Source of the DNA: the human T2T-CHM13v2.0 reference genome, Homo sapiens
Assembly (NCBI RefSeq): GCF_009914755.1
Contig: NC_060928.1
DNA length: 64,000 nt
Direction: 5' to 3' (one strand)
Position 1 is the first letter of the stretch. Every line of letters starts with the position of its first letter. The translations under genes and the position numbers were made by a program. Shown here one piece after another: positions 61,591-64,000 of this stretch. The notes beneath the pieces are model-generated. The model was not told the origin of the DNA, did no database searches, and saw nothing but the letters and a program-made list of their open reading frames with translations.

Positions 61591-62767
61591 CTTACCCACA
61601 ATATATGTAACTATATAAAGCAACAGTTTATACCAAGTAACTGTGGGTAGTGCAACTTCAGTGTAATTGTCATTTTTCATTAAGGACTATGATTTATTAT
61701 AGGGAGACACAGCAGCATTGGTCAGACAAGACAACAGTAGGGAGAAAAGATTTATAGTTATTTTATTTGCTCCTTCAGTTTCTTTTTCCATAGGGAAAAC
61801 ATTCACTTTGTTTTTCCTTCTATGAGTGGGGGTCTTTCCTCCCCACGAAGACTCAGCTGTTTATCCACTGTGTACTCTTTCCTTAACCCCACTCTTCAGA
61901 TTTCTCAGAAGATGCCCAAGTGAGGAATTTGCAAGGTTTCTTTTCACTCTTCAGCAAGCCATGCAAGCAGCTCTCTTTCCTGTCAATATTGTTCTTTTCA
62001 ATTTCTCAAACGAACTGAAGTTGGAAGGCCAGGTTCCAGTGTATAATTCCTGTATTTGTGTGAATTCTGTGCTGAACTACTGCTGCCTTGGGAAAGGTTA
62101 TCTGACTTTGATCCCATAGCCACTACCCTGTTCTCTCCACCTGTCTTCTTACTGCATCACGAGGGACTTTTTTGCATGTATGTGGCCTCTGCATGTTCAT
62201 ATCTAAAGGCAATGTTAGTGTGGGCCATATGGGGCCTGTGTTAGAATCACCATGTGTGTTTCTTAAACATTCAGTTCTTGGGCTTCACCCCAGTGTGCCA
62301 CAAAGTTAGATGTTAAGAGTGTTGTCAGTCACAGGTAATGTTTGAGGTGTTTCCTAGACAGATGAATCTTGGCACTTAGCATCAGTATTTCAATATTTCA
62401 TCAGTATTTCAGTGTTGCCCTAAAAACTTTCCTTTAAGCCTGTTATCTGGTTTAATTCTCTCAGCAACTCTGAGATTGTTATTCCCATTTTTCAATGTGT
62501 ATACTGTACTGCCACTGGGAAATTTGGGTCTTGAAATGGCCTTGGTATATATCTTTTTCTAATGCAAAGAGTCTACATTTTATTCTTCAGGATTTGTAGA
62601 TAGTGTTGTTAGAGAACACCTGCTCTATAGTTGTGGAAACTCTAGAGAGATAAGATGCTTTTATGTCAACATCAAAAAGAAAATACTGTTGTGAAATGGG
62701 TAAACAAATTCGGAAGGTTTCTGTGGGCAAAATTCCTCTCTAAAGTTTGAGGAAAATACTGTCTTTT

Positions 62768-62802
62768 CATGCTTGATCCTAGCCAAAAGGCTGAGAAGCG
62801 AT
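62768..62802 (-). pseudogene. 3'-truncated, tail-less U2 snRNA retrocopy
   Basis: Minus strand ATCGCTTCTCAGCCTTTTGGCTAGGATCAAG vs U2 ATCGCTTCTCGGCCTTTTGGCTAAGATCAAG (29/31); 13-bp TSD aatactgtctttt / aatactatctttt. Confidence 0.9.
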
Positions 62803-64000
62803 AATACTATCTTTTTAATAAAGTCAGTTCACATTAAGTAAAGCAAATTTTAATGTATAGGTTAAACTGAAATATTTAGTGATGAAATATAAAATAATTA
62901 TTAAAGAATGCATGCTAATCATTTTATGTACATGCAACAGTCTTATAAAATTCACATTTTAATTTGCTGATAATTTGCATTTTACAATACTGTTCTTAAA
63001 GGAAGTAATTTTAGGTATCCAGAATAATGTTGCTGTCAACAGAGAAGTTTTGGATTGAGTTGGGAATTGTATGGAAATACCTATATTGTTTTTGGAAAGT
63101 TTGTTTTAAGAATGAATAAATTGAAAGCTGATTAATAATATTTCCAGAAAACAAATAATGAAGCCATTTACTCTACTTGCTTTTTAGAAAGTTAATATTG
63201 CTCTAGCCCATAAAGTGCTATTTAGTAGCTAGGGGGATGTTAGTTACCCTTAACCACACAGTACTCTAGTTGTTTCCCTGAGTTAATATTAACTACCACA
63301 GATCTGTAATTTATAATGTGAAAGCATTTTAGTCACTGGATTACCTGGATTTTTAAGTATTTTGCATCCCTGTGAAATACTGAGTGTCCACTTGTTTATG
63401 GAATTATATGAGCTTTTTGTGCAGTTATTTTTGGAATTATTATTTCACACAACTGAAATGTCTTCCTAATGATAAATAACTACTATTTTTCAAAACTGAC
63501 AAACAAACCAGCCTAGGATTCAATTTTGGGTTGCATAAACAAATCAACCTAGTGTGGTTAAGAAATGGAACCTGAACTGGAAGAGTTAATCTTCAAGTTC
63601 AGCTTGAGCTGTGTTTACTGATCCTTTTCTGCTGCTTCTTGCTAATTGGCACCTCGGACTTCATACTAATTAATGGGATAGCAAGGGGCAGGTGGCGCCA
63701 ATCTATTTTGATAATCCTTGTCAGCAATGTCTGTGTAATCTTTTTGTTTAATTATAATGAATGTGCAATTGGGGTGCATGAACTTTCAACAGTTTTTTTT
63801 TCACTGGAAGTTCACTGGTCAAGGGAAGTTTTGCAACTGTCGAATACCGCTTCATATTGCATACAAAGCCACTTGTTTTACCACTGTAGTTGTAGTAATT
63901 CACATGAATGGAAGTCGCTAATGGAAATAACCTATGCTTCTTTAAAACTAGACAAATATAACTTTATCCAGAGAACTGAAAAACATTTGCCTCCTTAATT

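Noticed and set aside
62380-62412. catcagtatttca repeated twice
   Set aside because: Simple slippage-type duplication

Overview
Primate (almost certainly human) intronic DNA, AT-rich and dense in repeats. One exon is recognisable: a 95-nt 5'-UTR exon at 40819-40913 (+), with canonical AG/GT boundaries, matching my recollection of the BMPR1B mRNA leader (non-coding exon 3, chr4q22). The window is therefore most likely introns 2 and 3 of BMPR1B. I find no credible protein-coding exon; the ORF track is mostly Alu, L1 or microsatellite read-through. Repeats include about 25 Alu/FLAM copies, several L1s, MIR/L2, solo LTRs, a two-LTR MLT1 provirus with nested insertions, Charlie1a, MER6, MER58A, MER5 and a tail-less U2 snRNA retrocopy. 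The most unusual signal is three separate short segments (about 40-150 bp) that appear copied from templates 0.5-2 kb away, two with clear junction microhomology. They look like fixed scars of template-switch DNA repair. That mechanism is known; I see no evidence of a new gene system. Repeat subfamily names come from memory of consensus sequences and boundaries are approximate.
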